Assembly: GCA_946183145.1 (NCBI GenBank)
Contig: CAMGZM010000007.1
Span: 33,412-97,411, forward strand
Source of the DNA: an uncultured Fretibacterium sp.
Lineage (GTDB): Bacteria > Synergistota > Synergistia > Synergistales > Aminobacteriaceae
Direction of reading: 5' to 3'
DNA: 64,000 nucleotides
Made by a program: the position numbers and the translations under genes. Shown here piece after piece: positions 40,118 through 49,493 of this stretch (the first letter of the stretch is position 1; each line of letters starts with the position of its first letter). Below the pieces are notes generated by a model that did not search any database, was not told where the DNA came from, and saw only the letters and a list, made by a program, of their open reading frames with translations.

Positions 40118-40822
40118 GTGAAGAAATTTTATTTTGCGCTGATGGCGTTTACTGTATTCATCATTTCAGGGTGCGGAGGAGGAAGCAGCGGCGGATCAGA
40201 TCCTGCTGTTGGCAGACGTAAGCAGATAAGCCCGGACGTTAAGCAGGTCGCAGTAATCACATCACACGCGCTTGAACGCAACAAGAGATACAGAATCTAC
40301 AAAGGCGCAGCACTCTCAGGCATGAACGGCGCAAGATATTACATCTCAAACACAGGAAGCGAGCAAGTAGAGTCGACACTTAACTTAGGCTTCAGCGAAG
40401 AACTCAGCGCGAATGAATCATTCATCATCACAAATTACGCGCCAGACTCAGAACCTCATTCAGGAAGCGTAGTATTTGCGTATGATCCTTCAGCACTCAA
40501 CAACACATTCACTTCCGGGGGAAATGTCGCGTTCACTGGCGGGAGTCTCATGCACTACAGAACGTTAAGCCTTGAAGAGAACACATCAACCGCTGAGGGC
40601 GATACAACAGGGCATTACACCATTAGGCCGATTGACGCGGAAATTTACGCGCAACATGAATCAGAAAGAGGCGTAACAACATTCGCAATGGGCAGCGGAA
40701 CTTCATTGACATTTATCGCAGATGATGAAGACAGCACGACTCCCCGCAATATTCCGTCATCAGGAGATATATTGCAGCTCGTAAGGAAGGTAAATACATT
40801 TTCGGGAATCATAAGCAGGTAA
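40118..40822 (+). CDS. small lipoprotein paralogous to the N- and C-terminal modules of the upstream 763-aa lipoprotein
   Basis: GTG 40118 lies 9 nt after GGAGG. Lipobox FIISGCGG. The shared C-terminal motif is RNIPSSG..Q.V..VN.F.G. Confidence 0.55.
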   Translation: MKKFYFALMAFTVFIISGCGGGSSGGSDPAVGRRKQISPDVKQVAVITSHALERNKRYRIYKGAALSGMNGARYYISNTGSEQVESTLNLGFSEELSANESFIITNYAPDSEPHSGSVVFAYDPSALNNTFTSGGNVAFTGGSLMHYRTLSLEENTSTAEGDTTGHYTIRPIDAEIYAQHESERGVTTFAMGSGTSLTFIADDEDSTTPRNIPSSGDILQLVRKVNTFSGIISR

Positions 40823-40890
40823 CAAGTACATGATTTTTCAGGGAGGCAGGATTTTACACCGCTTCCCTTTTTCGCAAGGAGTGATAATTT

Positions 40891-41262
40891 ATGAGGCTTC
40901 CGCACAATCACGACAAGAATATTAATACGGTGCTTGAGAGAATGCCGGAAGGTGAGAAATTTTCACAGGCCGCAGAAGTTTTCTCACAGCTCGGAGACGG
41001 TACGAGGCTCAAAATTTTGTGGATACTCTGCCACAGCCGCGAATGTGTTTCAGACATCGCCGCCGCAATCGGTGCAAGCAACGCCGTTGTATCACATCAT
41101 CTTCAGCTTTTGCGGAGAAGCGGACTCGTTAAGGCTGAAAGGCAGGGACAGGAGATTCACTACTCGCTGAATGACACGAAAGAAGCAAAATTACTTCACT
41201 CAACAATAGAAGCAATGTTCAAAATCACATGCCCCGTCAAAAACATTGACTCACAAAATTAA
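40891..41262 (+). CDS. ArsR/SmtB-family metalloregulator
   Basis: 123 aa. ...FSQLGDGTRLKILWILCHS.ECVSDIAAAIGASNAVVSHHLQLLRRSGLV... wHTH. Confidence 0.85.
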   Translation: MRLPHNHDKNINTVLERMPEGEKFSQAAEVFSQLGDGTRLKILWILCHSRECVSDIAAAIGASNAVVSHHLQLLRRSGLVKAERQGQEIHYSLNDTKEAKLLHSTIEAMFKITCPVKNIDSQN

Positions 41263-41327
41263 CGCAGTATAATTCCCCGCAGTTATCCAACAGTCAAACG
41301 AATATTTGAATACGAGGTGCATAAACG

Positions 41328-43163
41328 ATGAATGAGCGCATGAAAATTGTGCTGCGTATTGTCATGGCCGGATTGATTCTCGCGGGGGTAAAATTTTTTG
41401 ACGCTGGGAATTTTGCGGGAGTCTTTTACTTTGCGGCGTATCTTATTGCGGGATATGACGTGATACTTGAGGCAATTGACGGAATAAGAGAGGGAGAAAT
41501 TTTTGACGAGCATTTTCTGATGAGCGTTGCGACAATAGGGGCGTTGATTCTCGGCGAGAACTTTGAGGCCTGTGCGGTTATGATGTTCTATCAGGTCGGT
41601 GAATTGTTCTCTGATTACGCTTCAGACAGAACGCGTGAAAATGTTTCGGCGTTAATGGACTTGAGGCCGGATTACGCGAATATTGAGTCAGGAGACGGAA
41701 TTTCACAGCGCGTTGACCCTTCAACAGTAGCAGAAGGAAGCGTGATAATCATAAAGCCCGGCGAGAAGATACCCATTGACGGAATAATTATCGGCGGGCA
41801 TTCGGCAATAGACACAAGCGCATTGACGGGTGAGAGCGTTCCGAAAAACGTTAATGCTGGCGATGAGATATTGAGCGGTGCTGTAAACGTTTCGGGAGTG
41901 CTGAGAGTCCGAACGACAAAGACATTCACGCAGTCAACAGCGTCAAAGATACTCGCATTGATTCAGGATTCTGACGGCGGGAAATCACATTCAGAGAGAT
42001 TCATTACGCGTTTTGCGAGAATATATACTCCTGCTGTATGTGTGTCAGCGTTAATCATCGCGTTAGTTCCTCCGATATTCGCGGGAAATTTCCGGGCATG
42101 GGTTTACAGGGCGTTAACGTTTCTTGTTGTGAGCTGTCCATGCGCGTTAGTTGTGAGCGTTCCGTTAGCATTTTTTGCGGCTGTAGGCGGTGCTGGCAAA
42201 CGCAAAATCCTCATCAAGGGCGGAATTTTCATCGAACGGCTCGCGAATCTCTCAGCGGTAATTTTCGACAAGACAGGGACATTAACACGTGGAGTCTTTG
42301 AGGTCTCATCAGTTCACAGCGACTCAATGACGGAGAACGAATTACTGCACATTGCCGCTCATGCTGAAAGATTTTCATCACATCCTGCTGCTGTTGCGCT
42401 GAGAAAAGCATACCCGAATGAGTCGGATAACTGCACGGTTGAAGACTCAGAAGAGATTGCCGGAAATGGAGTCCGCGCTAAAGTCAACGGCTCTGAAGTC
42501 TGCGCGGGAAATCTGAGCTTCCTGGCCGGGGTTGTAGGTGATGACATACGGCCATGTGATGAAGCCGGGACTGTCGTACATGTATCATCATGCGGAAATT
42601 ATGCGGGTCATGTCGTGATTTCGGACAAAGTGAAGGACAACGCAAAATCCGTAGTCGAGTCTCTCAGGTCAGAAGGCATAAATCAAATCATAATGCTTAC
42701 GGGAGACTCTGAGCCGTCAGCAAAAGACACAGCGAACGCAACCGGCATAACAGAATATTACAGCGGGTTGTTGCCTGCGGACAAAGTGAAGAGAGTCGAA
42801 AGCGTGAAGGGAGTCCATGCGTTTGTGGGCGACGGGATAAATGACGCTCCTGTTCTTGCGTGCGCTGATGTGGGAATCGCGATGGGCTGTCTTGGGAGCG
42901 ATGCCGCGATTGAAGCTGCTGACGTTGTGATTATGGACGACGATTTAGCGAGAATCCCGGAGGCCGTGAGAATTTCCCGCAAGTGTATGCGTATCGTTTA
43001 CGAGAATGTTATCGGCTCAATAGGCGTAAAGATTGCGTGCCTTGCGCTTGGTGCGTTCGGTCTTGCTGGAATGAGGGCTGCTGTTTTTGCTGACGTAGGA
43101 GTGTTGATTCTCGCTGTGCTAAATTCCGTGCGTGCTATGCTTGCGGCTGAACGTTCTGCGTGA
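41328..43163 (+). CDS. heavy-metal (Cd/Zn/Co-type) P1B-ATPase lacking an N-terminal HMA domain
   Basis: 611 aa. SCPCALV (CPC), DKTGTLT, TGD and VGDGINDAP motifs. Confidence 0.9.
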   Translation: MNERMKIVLRIVMAGLILAGVKFFDAGNFAGVFYFAAYLIAGYDVILEAIDGIREGEIFDEHFLMSVATIGALILGENFEACAVMMFYQVGELFSDYASDRTRENVSALMDLRPDYANIESGDGISQRVDPSTVAEGSVIIIKPGEKIPIDGIIIGGHSAIDTSALTGESVPKNVNAGDEILSGAVNVSGVLRVRTTKTFTQSTASKILALIQDSDGGKSHSERFITRFARIYTPAVCVSALIIALVPPIFAGNFRAWVYRALTFLVVSCPCALVVSVPLAFFAAVGGAGKRKILIKGGIFIERLANLSAVIFDKTGTLTRGVFEVSSVHSDSMTENELLHIAAHAERFSSHPAAVALRKAYPNESDNCTVEDSEEIAGNGVRAKVNGSEVCAGNLSFLAGVVGDDIRPCDEAGTVVHVSSCGNYAGHVVISDKVKDNAKSVVESLRSEGINQIIMLTGDSEPSAKDTANATGITEYYSGLLPADKVKRVESVKGVHAFVGDGINDAPVLACADVGIAMGCLGSDAAIEAADVVIMDDDLARIPEAVRISRKCMRIVYENVIGSIGVKIACLALGAFGLAGMRAAVFADVGVLILAVLNSVRAMLAAERSA

Positions 43164-44052
43164 TTGAGCGTTTGAAGACCTGAAGAAATTTCTGCGCTGC
43201 TTTCGAGAGAATAGACTCTTTCTTCCACGCTAAAATGAGTTCGGCTTTCATCTCAGGCATTAACGGTATGAACTTGAGTCCGCTGTCATTGCTTGTGTCT
43301 ATTATGCCGTCAATCGTGATCAGGACTCCGAGTCCCTCGCGAACCATAACGGAAGCATTGTACGCAAGATTGTGAGTTCCTGTGATGTTGAGGGAGTCAG
43401 CGCGGAATCCTAACCATTCGGAGAACTCGCCGTGCGCCTGCGCCTGATGTGAGAAAAGCAGTTCGCGGCCTTTAATGTCGTCAGGGGTGATTGATTCTTT
43501 TGCGGCTAAAGGGTCATCGCTCCTTACGATTAAACCCCAAGTATCACACTCAGGAAGCGTAATGCAGTCGTAATCTTTGAGGCTGACTTTTCCGACAAAA
43601 AGCCCGAAATCGATTAATCCCCGTGTCAATTTCTCCGCAACGTCTTCATAGTCCCCGCTGATCATTCTGTAGTTTATGCTGGGAAATTCTGCGCGTATCT
43701 TCCTGATTACCCGCCCGATGTGTTTAACGCCGTCTGTTTCTCCTGCGCCTATATATACGGTGCCTGTTATGATCTCTGTGTTTTCGTCTGCAAATTCAGC
43801 GCGAGTTTTTGCTTCAAGGTCAACGATTTCCTGAGCGCGTTTCCTGAAAAGTATTCCGTCATTAGTGAGTCGTATTCCGTAATTTTCGCGGACGTATAAT
43901 TTGCGGCCTAATTCGCGTTCGAGTTTTCCGAGCTGCTTCGACAATGACGGCTGAGTCATGTGAAGTTTCTGTGATGCGCGTGTTATGTGGAGTTCGTTTG
44001 CGGCTTCGAGAAAATATTTCAGCAATCGTATTTCCATTTTGTTACCTGCCAA
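43135..44052 (-). CDS. LysR-family transcriptional regulator
   Basis: 305 aa. N-terminal ...LKYFLEAANELHITRASQKLHMTQPSLSKQLGKLE... HTH plus a substrate-binding domain. Confidence 0.9.
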   Translation of the reverse strand: MAGNKMEIRLLKYFLEAANELHITRASQKLHMTQPSLSKQLGKLERELGRKLYVRENYGIRLTNDGILFRKRAQEIVDLEAKTRAEFADENTEIITGTVYIGAGETDGVKHIGRVIRKIRAEFPSINYRMISGDYEDVAEKLTRGLIDFGLFVGKVSLKDYDCITLPECDTWGLIVRSDDPLAAKESITPDDIKGRELLFSHQAQAHGEFSEWLGFRADSLNITGTHNLAYNASVMVREGLGVLITIDGIIDTSNDSGLKFIPLMPEMKAELILAWKKESILSKAAQKFLQVFKRSITQNVQPQA

Positions 44053-44392
44053 AAATTTCAGAATGTGTAGCTATACGCGAGAACACAAGAAGTTCAAACT
44101 TTGAGCCTTCAATTACCTGATATACCAGCAAAAGATCTCCCTTTACGTGGCATTCTCTGTAGCCTTCAAATTCGCCTGTAAGTTCGTGGTCTTTCCATTC
44201 CGTGGGCATAGGGCCGTCATTAATCGCAAGAATCGACATTGCTTCTTTTACTCTGTGCATGTCATGTTTCCCGGAGGCTTCAATACGCTTCCAGTCTTTG
44301 TCAAAATCTTTCGTCTGATTAACATCCCGGAAGCGTCTTGCGCGTTTTCTGTTTACGGAATCGTTCTTGCTAGTCATCTTCGTCTTCTTCAT
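44042..44392 (-). CDS. YafQ/RelE-superfamily mRNA interferase toxin
   Basis: 116 aa. ...KDFDKDWKRI...WKDHELTGEFEGYRECHVKGDLLLVYQV... matches the YafQ core. Confidence 0.7.
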   Translation of the reverse strand: MKKTKMTSKNDSVNRKRARRFRDVNQTKDFDKDWKRIEASGKHDMHRVKEAMSILAINDGPMPTEWKDHELTGEFEGYRECHVKGDLLLVYQVIEGSKFELLVFSRIATHSEIFGR

Positions 44393-44594
44393 GATACTTC
44401 AGCCAGTTCGCAATTAGCTGCTCTGTATCCTGCATCGCTCTTCTTGTTGCAAGCGGCAATTCCTCAAAGGGTATTTCTACATAGTCCCTGCGCCACTGTT
44501 TTCTGAGCTTTCGTATGTCCCTGCTGATTTTCTGCGTGTGTCTTCTCGCCGGATGAAAGTTATTTCTGACTCTCTGCATGATTACGCACCTCAT
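44370..44594 (-). CDS. small basic/acidic protein in the antitoxin position (unrecognised family)
   Basis: 74 aa, immediately upstream of and overlapping the yafQ-like gene by 23 nt. No DinJ/RelB-like RHH recognisable. Confidence 0.35.
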   Translation of the reverse strand: MRCVIMQRVRNNFHPARRHTQKISRDIRKLRKQWRRDYVEIPFEELPLATRRAMQDTEQLIANWLKYHEEDEDD

Positions 44595-44691
44595 ATTTTT
44601 TCTGGAATGTCGAATATTTTACCATAACTATTAGACATTCAAAGCACTGACTGCAATAATACATTCATCACAAAAACAGGAGGAAAAATTT

Positions 44692-45714
44692 ATGTTCAGA
44701 GCGTTCATACTTTCAGCAATAATTTTGTGCATGGCCTCTTCAGCCTTTGCGCTTGAGAATGACTCGCGTGTCTTCAAGATTGACCCCGAAATCAAAGCCG
44801 GGAAAGTTCACTTTCACAACCGTTACGGAATCGATCTCACAGGAGATATATATTTCCCGAAAAATTTTGACCCTGCGAAGAAATATGCGGGAATCGCTGT
44901 ATGCGGCCCGTTCGGAGCGGTGAAAGAACAGGTGTCGGGACTCTATGCTCAGGAGATGGCGAAAGCTGGTTACGTTGCTGTAGCGTTTGACCCTTCATTC
45001 ACAGGCGAGAGCGGCCCGGCAAATATGCGTTATGTTCCTTCACCCGAAATCAATACCGATGACTTTTCAGCGGCGGTAGACTTCCTCAGCGTTCAGGATT
45101 ACATTGACCCCGAAAGAATCGGTATAATCGGCGTATGCGGCTGGGGTGGAATCGGACTCAATGCGGCTGCGGCTGACACGAGAATAAAAGCCTCTGTTAT
45201 CTCGACAATGTACGACATGAGCAGAGTCGCACGAAACGGATATTTTGACTCAGCTGACTCAGATGATGCGCGTTACAACGCAAAGAAAGCCTTGAACGAT
45301 CAGCGCACAAGAGACTACAAGGCCGGAACAAACGCACGCGCCGGGGGAGTTGTTGACCCATTGCCGGAAGACGCTCCCCAGTTCGTGAAGGATTACTACG
45401 CTTACTACAAGACACCGAGAGGCTATCACGCACGGAGTCTTAACTCAAACGAGGGATGGACGGTAACAGGCTCGCTCGCAATGATAAATATGCCGATGCT
45501 TGTGGACATTTCCGACATTAGGAGCGCGGTTTTCATCATTCACGGCGAAAAAGCTCACTCCAGATATTTGGGCGAGGACGCATTCAAGAAGCTCAAGGGC
45601 GACAACAAGAAGCTGATGATTATTCCCGGAGCTTCACACGTTGATTTGTACGACAACATGGAGAAAATTCCGTTTGCTGAGATTGAGAAGTTCTTTGCGG
45701 AATATCTGAAGTAA
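44692..45714 (+). CDS. secreted alpha/beta hydrolase
   Basis: 340 aa. Signal MFRAFILSAIILCMASSAFA. Nucleophile elbow GVCGWGG. RBS AGGAGG. Confidence 0.7.
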   Translation: MFRAFILSAIILCMASSAFALENDSRVFKIDPEIKAGKVHFHNRYGIDLTGDIYFPKNFDPAKKYAGIAVCGPFGAVKEQVSGLYAQEMAKAGYVAVAFDPSFTGESGPANMRYVPSPEINTDDFSAAVDFLSVQDYIDPERIGIIGVCGWGGIGLNAAAADTRIKASVISTMYDMSRVARNGYFDSADSDDARYNAKKALNDQRTRDYKAGTNARAGGVVDPLPEDAPQFVKDYYAYYKTPRGYHARSLNSNEGWTVTGSLAMINMPMLVDISDIRSAVFIIHGEKAHSRYLGEDAFKKLKGDNKKLMIIPGASHVDLYDNMEKIPFAEIEKFFAEYLK

Positions 45715-45734
45715 AATAGGGATTGCGACATTTG

Positions 45735-45767
45735 CCCCGTTGGTGAAAAGCTGACGGGGTAATTTTT
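45735..45767 (+). terminator. Rho-independent terminator
   Basis: CCCCGT (45735-45740) pairs with ACGGGG (45754-45759), then a T run at 45763-45767. Confidence 0.65.
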
Positions 45768-45784
45768 ATAGGGAGGAATAATTG

Positions 45785-46690
45785 ATGAAGAGACTCATAA
45801 TTTTTGCGATGATTCTATCGGCCATGACAGCAGGATGTTCAAGCGGCTCAAGTGAAAATGTGGTGAATGATTCTGACGTGCCATATGTAACTCTCAACAG
45901 CGGGTACAAAATGCCAATGTTAGGACTCGGAACGTGGACTCAGGACAACAACACAGCAGAAGAGTCTGTATACACAGCAATACGCGAGGGCTATCGGCTC
46001 ATTGACACAGCGAGGTATTACGGGAATGAGTCAGGAGTCGGAAAAGGAGTCCGCCGCGCAATCAATGAAGGGATAATAACGCGGGAAAATATTTTCATCA
46101 CGACAAAGATTATGCCGGGGAATTATTCAGACCCGGACTCAGCGATTGACGACTCACTTAACGCATTAGGACTCGGATATATAGATCTCATGTTGATACA
46201 TCAGCCCGGCTATAATGACGAGGGAGTCTACAAGGCACTTGAACGCGGAGTCATGGCCGGGAAAATTCGCAGCATAGGAATATCAAACTACTACACGCCT
46301 TCAGACTTTGAGCGCATAACACGCAGCGCAAAAATTATCCCCGCAGTCGTCCAGAATGAGAATCACATCTACTATCAGAACGCAGACTTGCAGAAATATC
46401 TTTCACGTTACGGCGTAATAATTGAGTCGTGGTATCCTTTCGGCGGAAGGGGAAATACTCAGGAGATTTTCAGCAATGAGAGTATAAAGCGAATCGCACA
46501 GTCTCACGGAAAAACGCCCGCGCAGATAATTTTGCGGTGGCACATTCAGGCAGGATATATCACAATTCCCGGCTCAAAGAATCCTTCACACATTCGCGAG
46601 AACATGAATATTTTTGACTTCACGCTGACTGATTTAGAGATGGAAATCATCAGGGGGCTTGACCGTCAGCAAAGATTCGAGATGTGGTAA
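45785..46690 (+). CDS. aldo/keto reductase carrying a lipoprotein signal peptide
   Basis: AKR motifs (LGTW..., IDTARYYGNE, LMLIHQP, IPGSKNPSHIREN) preceded by MKRLIIFAMILSAMTAGCSSG. ATG lies 8 nt after GGGAGG. Confidence 0.85.
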   Translation: MKRLIIFAMILSAMTAGCSSGSSENVVNDSDVPYVTLNSGYKMPMLGLGTWTQDNNTAEESVYTAIREGYRLIDTARYYGNESGVGKGVRRAINEGIITRENIFITTKIMPGNYSDPDSAIDDSLNALGLGYIDLMLIHQPGYNDEGVYKALERGVMAGKIRSIGISNYYTPSDFERITRSAKIIPAVVQNENHIYYQNADLQKYLSRYGVIIESWYPFGGRGNTQEIFSNESIKRIAQSHGKTPAQIILRWHIQAGYITIPGSKNPSHIRENMNIFDFTLTDLEMEIIRGLDRQQRFEMW

Positions 46691-46732
46691 GTATGCTATA
46701 ATTTCTACATTTATATCCCAACAAAGAAAGGG

Positions 46733-46760
46733 TTGACATTCATGCAAAGCCGTGTAAAAT
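46733..46760 (+). promoter_or_regulatory. near-consensus sigma70 promoter upstream of the gtrB-like gene
   Basis: TTGACA (46733-46738), a 16-nt spacer, then TAAAAT (46755-46760). A second extended -10 (TGcTATAAT) lies at 46694-46702. Confidence 0.5.
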
Positions 46761-46809
46761 CGGTTATCGGTTATCGGTTATCGGTTATCGGTTATCGGTT
46801 ATCGGTATC
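46761..46809 (+). repeat. heptanucleotide tandem repeat (CGGTTAT) x6 plus one degenerate unit
   Basis: cggttat repeated at 46761, 46768, 46775, 46782, 46789 and 46796, then cggtatc. Confidence 0.95.
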
Positions 46810-46856
46810 ACATGCTCTGATGTAGTTTCAAGTAATGTCTTCGTGTGGCGGATAAA

Positions 46857-47783
46857 ATGATCTCAATACTTTGTCCGTGCTACAACGAGGAAAAAGCCCT
46901 CCCGATATTCATTCAGCGAATCACAGAAACAATCAGCAAAATCCCGGAAGAGTTCGAGATTGTTTTTGTCAACGATGGAAGCACAGACTCGACTCTTGAT
47001 CTTCTCACGTCATATTCATCAAAAGATTCACGCGTAAAGGTTGTAGACTTCTCGCGCAATTTCGGAAAAGAAGCAGCACTTACAGCCGCGCTTGATTACG
47101 CTTCAGGAGACGCGGTTATACCGATTGACGCGGATCTTCAAGACCCCCCGGAGCTTATTGCGGAGATGATAGCGAAATGGCACGAGGGTTATGATGTCGT
47201 ATTAGCCCGCCGCGCTGACCGTTCATCTGATTCATGGCCGAAAAGATTTACCGCAAAGATGTTCTACAAAGTTCATAACGCAATCTCAAATCCTCATATC
47301 CCGGAAAATGTCGGCGACTTCAGGCTGATGGACCGCGCAGTGATTGAGGCATTGAAGCAGTGCAGGGAGTCTTACAGGTACATGAAGGGGCTTTTTGCGT
47401 GGGCGGGATTCAGAACTTTCACTCTTGATTACGCTAGGAGGCCGCGCACTGAAGGCACAACGAAATTCAACGGCTGGCGTTTGTGGAATGACGCTATCAA
47501 CTCTATAACATCATTCAGCATAGCACCATTAACAATATGGCTTTATGTCGGAACGTTAATATTATCGCTCGCATTCATGTACCTTGCGTTTATTTTCCTT
47601 AGGCAGCTTATTACAGCCCAGACCGCTCCAGGTTATGCGTCAATTGTCTGCATGATACTTTTTTTCGGAGGGCTCAATCTTATCGGAATAGGACTACTCG
47701 GTCAGTATTTGGGACGTACATATATAGAGAGCAAGCAGAGACCTGTATATATTGTGAGAAAGGTTTACGGTGATACAAAATGA
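46857..47783 (+). CDS. GT2 polyprenyl-phosphate glycosyltransferase (GtrB/ArnC-like)
   Basis: MISILCPCYNEE..., DGSTD, ID(A)DLQDPPE, and two C-terminal TM helices. ATG 46857 preferred over the track's GTG 46845. Confidence 0.85.
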   Translation: MISILCPCYNEEKALPIFIQRITETISKIPEEFEIVFVNDGSTDSTLDLLTSYSSKDSRVKVVDFSRNFGKEAALTAALDYASGDAVIPIDADLQDPPELIAEMIAKWHEGYDVVLARRADRSSDSWPKRFTAKMFYKVHNAISNPHIPENVGDFRLMDRAVIEALKQCRESYRYMKGLFAWAGFRTFTLDYARRPRTEGTTKFNGWRLWNDAINSITSFSIAPLTIWLYVGTLILSLAFMYLAFIFLRQLITAQTAPGYASIVCMILFFGGLNLIGIGLLGQYLGRTYIESKQRPVYIVRKVYGDTK

Positions 47784-49444
47784 AACACAGCAAAAGCATA
47801 TTTATTCTTTCAGCAATAATTATCGCGCTGTTCTGCGTTCTCGGACTTTTCAGCAGACCATACCCGGCAGATGATTTCGGTTTCTATAATGCTGTAGCAG
47901 AAGAAGGTTTCATTCAGGCTCAAATCTTAATGTATACTCAATGGGCAGGAAGAATTTTCAACACATTTCTAGTCTATTCGGCAGCACTTTTCCCGCTCGA
48001 GAAAGTTCAGCCGTTCATAGCGTTATTTGACTCTGTAATATATACGCTTGCTTGTTTGGTTCTTGTCTCTGTTATTTTCCCGGCATTGACTCTTTTCGCA
48101 AAATTATCGCTCTCACTCATGGTATGTGCATTGACCCTCTGCTTCACGTACTCGCTTAATGAGACATTCTACTGGCTTGCTGGCGGAATGACATACTTTG
48201 TTGCACAAGTTATGATTGTTCTTGCGCTGGCTCTCGCAATAAAAGCATACAGGGGGTCGCGTTCATCGTTCATTCTCTGCATGATTGTTTTGTTCCTGAA
48301 TGCTACGAATCTTGAACAGCCCTGCGTGTTTCAGGGAGTAATCGCTTTTGCGGCCATGATATATTTCTTTGCACGCGTGAACAAGAGAGCCGCTTTAATG
48401 TCCGGGGCATACTGGCTCGTCTCAGTCGCGGGGTTCTGCATCATGTATTTCGCTCCCGGCACCGCCGTAAGAATGGGTGCAGGCACTCTCAAATCTCCGT
48501 CAGTATTTGCTATGATACGTAACGGACTCATTTTGGCTTTCTCAATGGGAGTCATGAATATATTTCAGTTCTTCTTCAAGCCTCTGACTTATACCATGCT
48601 GTTATTCCTTCCGGCAATCGCTGAGAAAATCCCTCCTGCTGACGAAAAATTATCCCGCAGACTCAGAGCGTGGCACATTATAGCGGCAGTGTCAGCTGTC
48701 AGCATGTCGATGCAGTTTATTGTAGGCGCGGTAATGTACAGAGGACTTCCTCCAAGAGGTGTGAGCCTGTCTTTATGGCTGATGTATTTCACGTGGAATA
48801 CGTTATTGATATTCTTTTACAGGGGCAGACTAATTCATTCTAAAGGATTCAAAAATTTCTGTGCTAAGTTCAGGTGGCCGGTGCTGATTTTGTCCGTTCT
48901 TGTCAGCGCAAACTTCAGGGATTGCGTGAACAATCTGCGAATCGCTCCAGAATATGCAGCCGAATATGACTCAATCACCGAATCAATGAAGGCTCAAAGC
49001 AGAAGAGGCGAAAAAATTCTCACAGCCCCGCGAATCAAGGCAAGGCCGAATTTGCTGTACTGGAATATAGAATACATGTCAGCACACGAGAACATTGCAA
49101 AATATTACGGAGGAGAAAAATTTTACATCATTCCCGAAGAGCTTTCACAAAATCCGGAGGCCGTGAAAAAATTAACATCAGGAAATCTTGAGCCTTTTGC
49201 TGAACTAGCAGATAAAGGAGACACAGAAGCAGCCAGAATTATAGGGAACTACAGAGATCCCAGAAATAACGCACGAAACCCGGCAGCTTGGAATCCTGAA
49301 GAGGCAGAAAAATATTACAGGATAGGTGCGGAGAATGGAAATGCCTTTTGTATGAGGCCGCTTGCGAGAATGGTATACACTAAGAATCTTCCCGAAGGTA
49401 TTTATTGGCTTGTTAAGGCACATATAAAGTGGTTCAGATTATAG
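47780..49444 (+). CDS. polytopic membrane protein (GtrC-position, possible GT-C-like) with C-terminal Sel1-like repeat
   Basis: 554 aa, >10 TM helices. The C-terminal soluble tail has AEKYYRIGAENGNAFCM (Sel1-like). 4-nt overlap with the GT2 gene. Confidence 0.5.
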   Translation: MKHSKSIFILSAIIIALFCVLGLFSRPYPADDFGFYNAVAEEGFIQAQILMYTQWAGRIFNTFLVYSAALFPLEKVQPFIALFDSVIYTLACLVLVSVIFPALTLFAKLSLSLMVCALTLCFTYSLNETFYWLAGGMTYFVAQVMIVLALALAIKAYRGSRSSFILCMIVLFLNATNLEQPCVFQGVIAFAAMIYFFARVNKRAALMSGAYWLVSVAGFCIMYFAPGTAVRMGAGTLKSPSVFAMIRNGLILAFSMGVMNIFQFFFKPLTYTMLLFLPAIAEKIPPADEKLSRRLRAWHIIAAVSAVSMSMQFIVGAVMYRGLPPRGVSLSLWLMYFTWNTLLIFFYRGRLIHSKGFKNFCAKFRWPVLILSVLVSANFRDCVNNLRIAPEYAAEYDSITESMKAQSRRGEKILTAPRIKARPNLLYWNIEYMSAHENIAKYYGGEKFYIIPEELSQNPEAVKKLTSGNLEPFAELADKGDTEAARIIGNYRDPRNNARNPAAWNPEEAEKYYRIGAENGNAFCMRPLARMVYTKNLPEGIYWLVKAHIKWFRL

Positions 49445-49460
49445 AACTTATGAAATGCTG

Positions 49461-49493
49461 CCCCGTAAGTTTATGCTTGCGGGGTATTTTTTT
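49461..49493 (+). terminator. Rho-independent terminator
   Basis: 9-bp stem CCCCGTAAG / CTTGCGGGG, followed by T7. Confidence 0.75.

Noticed and set aside
43135-43163. 29-nt convergent overlap between the P-type ATPase and LysR genes
   Set aside because: This is an ordinary 3'-3' overlap. Nothing suggests regulatory antisense beyond the overlap itself.
46742-46825. Short ORF (MQSRVKSVIGYRLSVIGYRL...) running through the heptamer repeat, considered as a frame-switchable leader peptide
   Set aside because: Its ATG lies between the -35 and -10 of the best promoter and so would not be transcribed from it. It has no RBS, and it is only 27 codons long.
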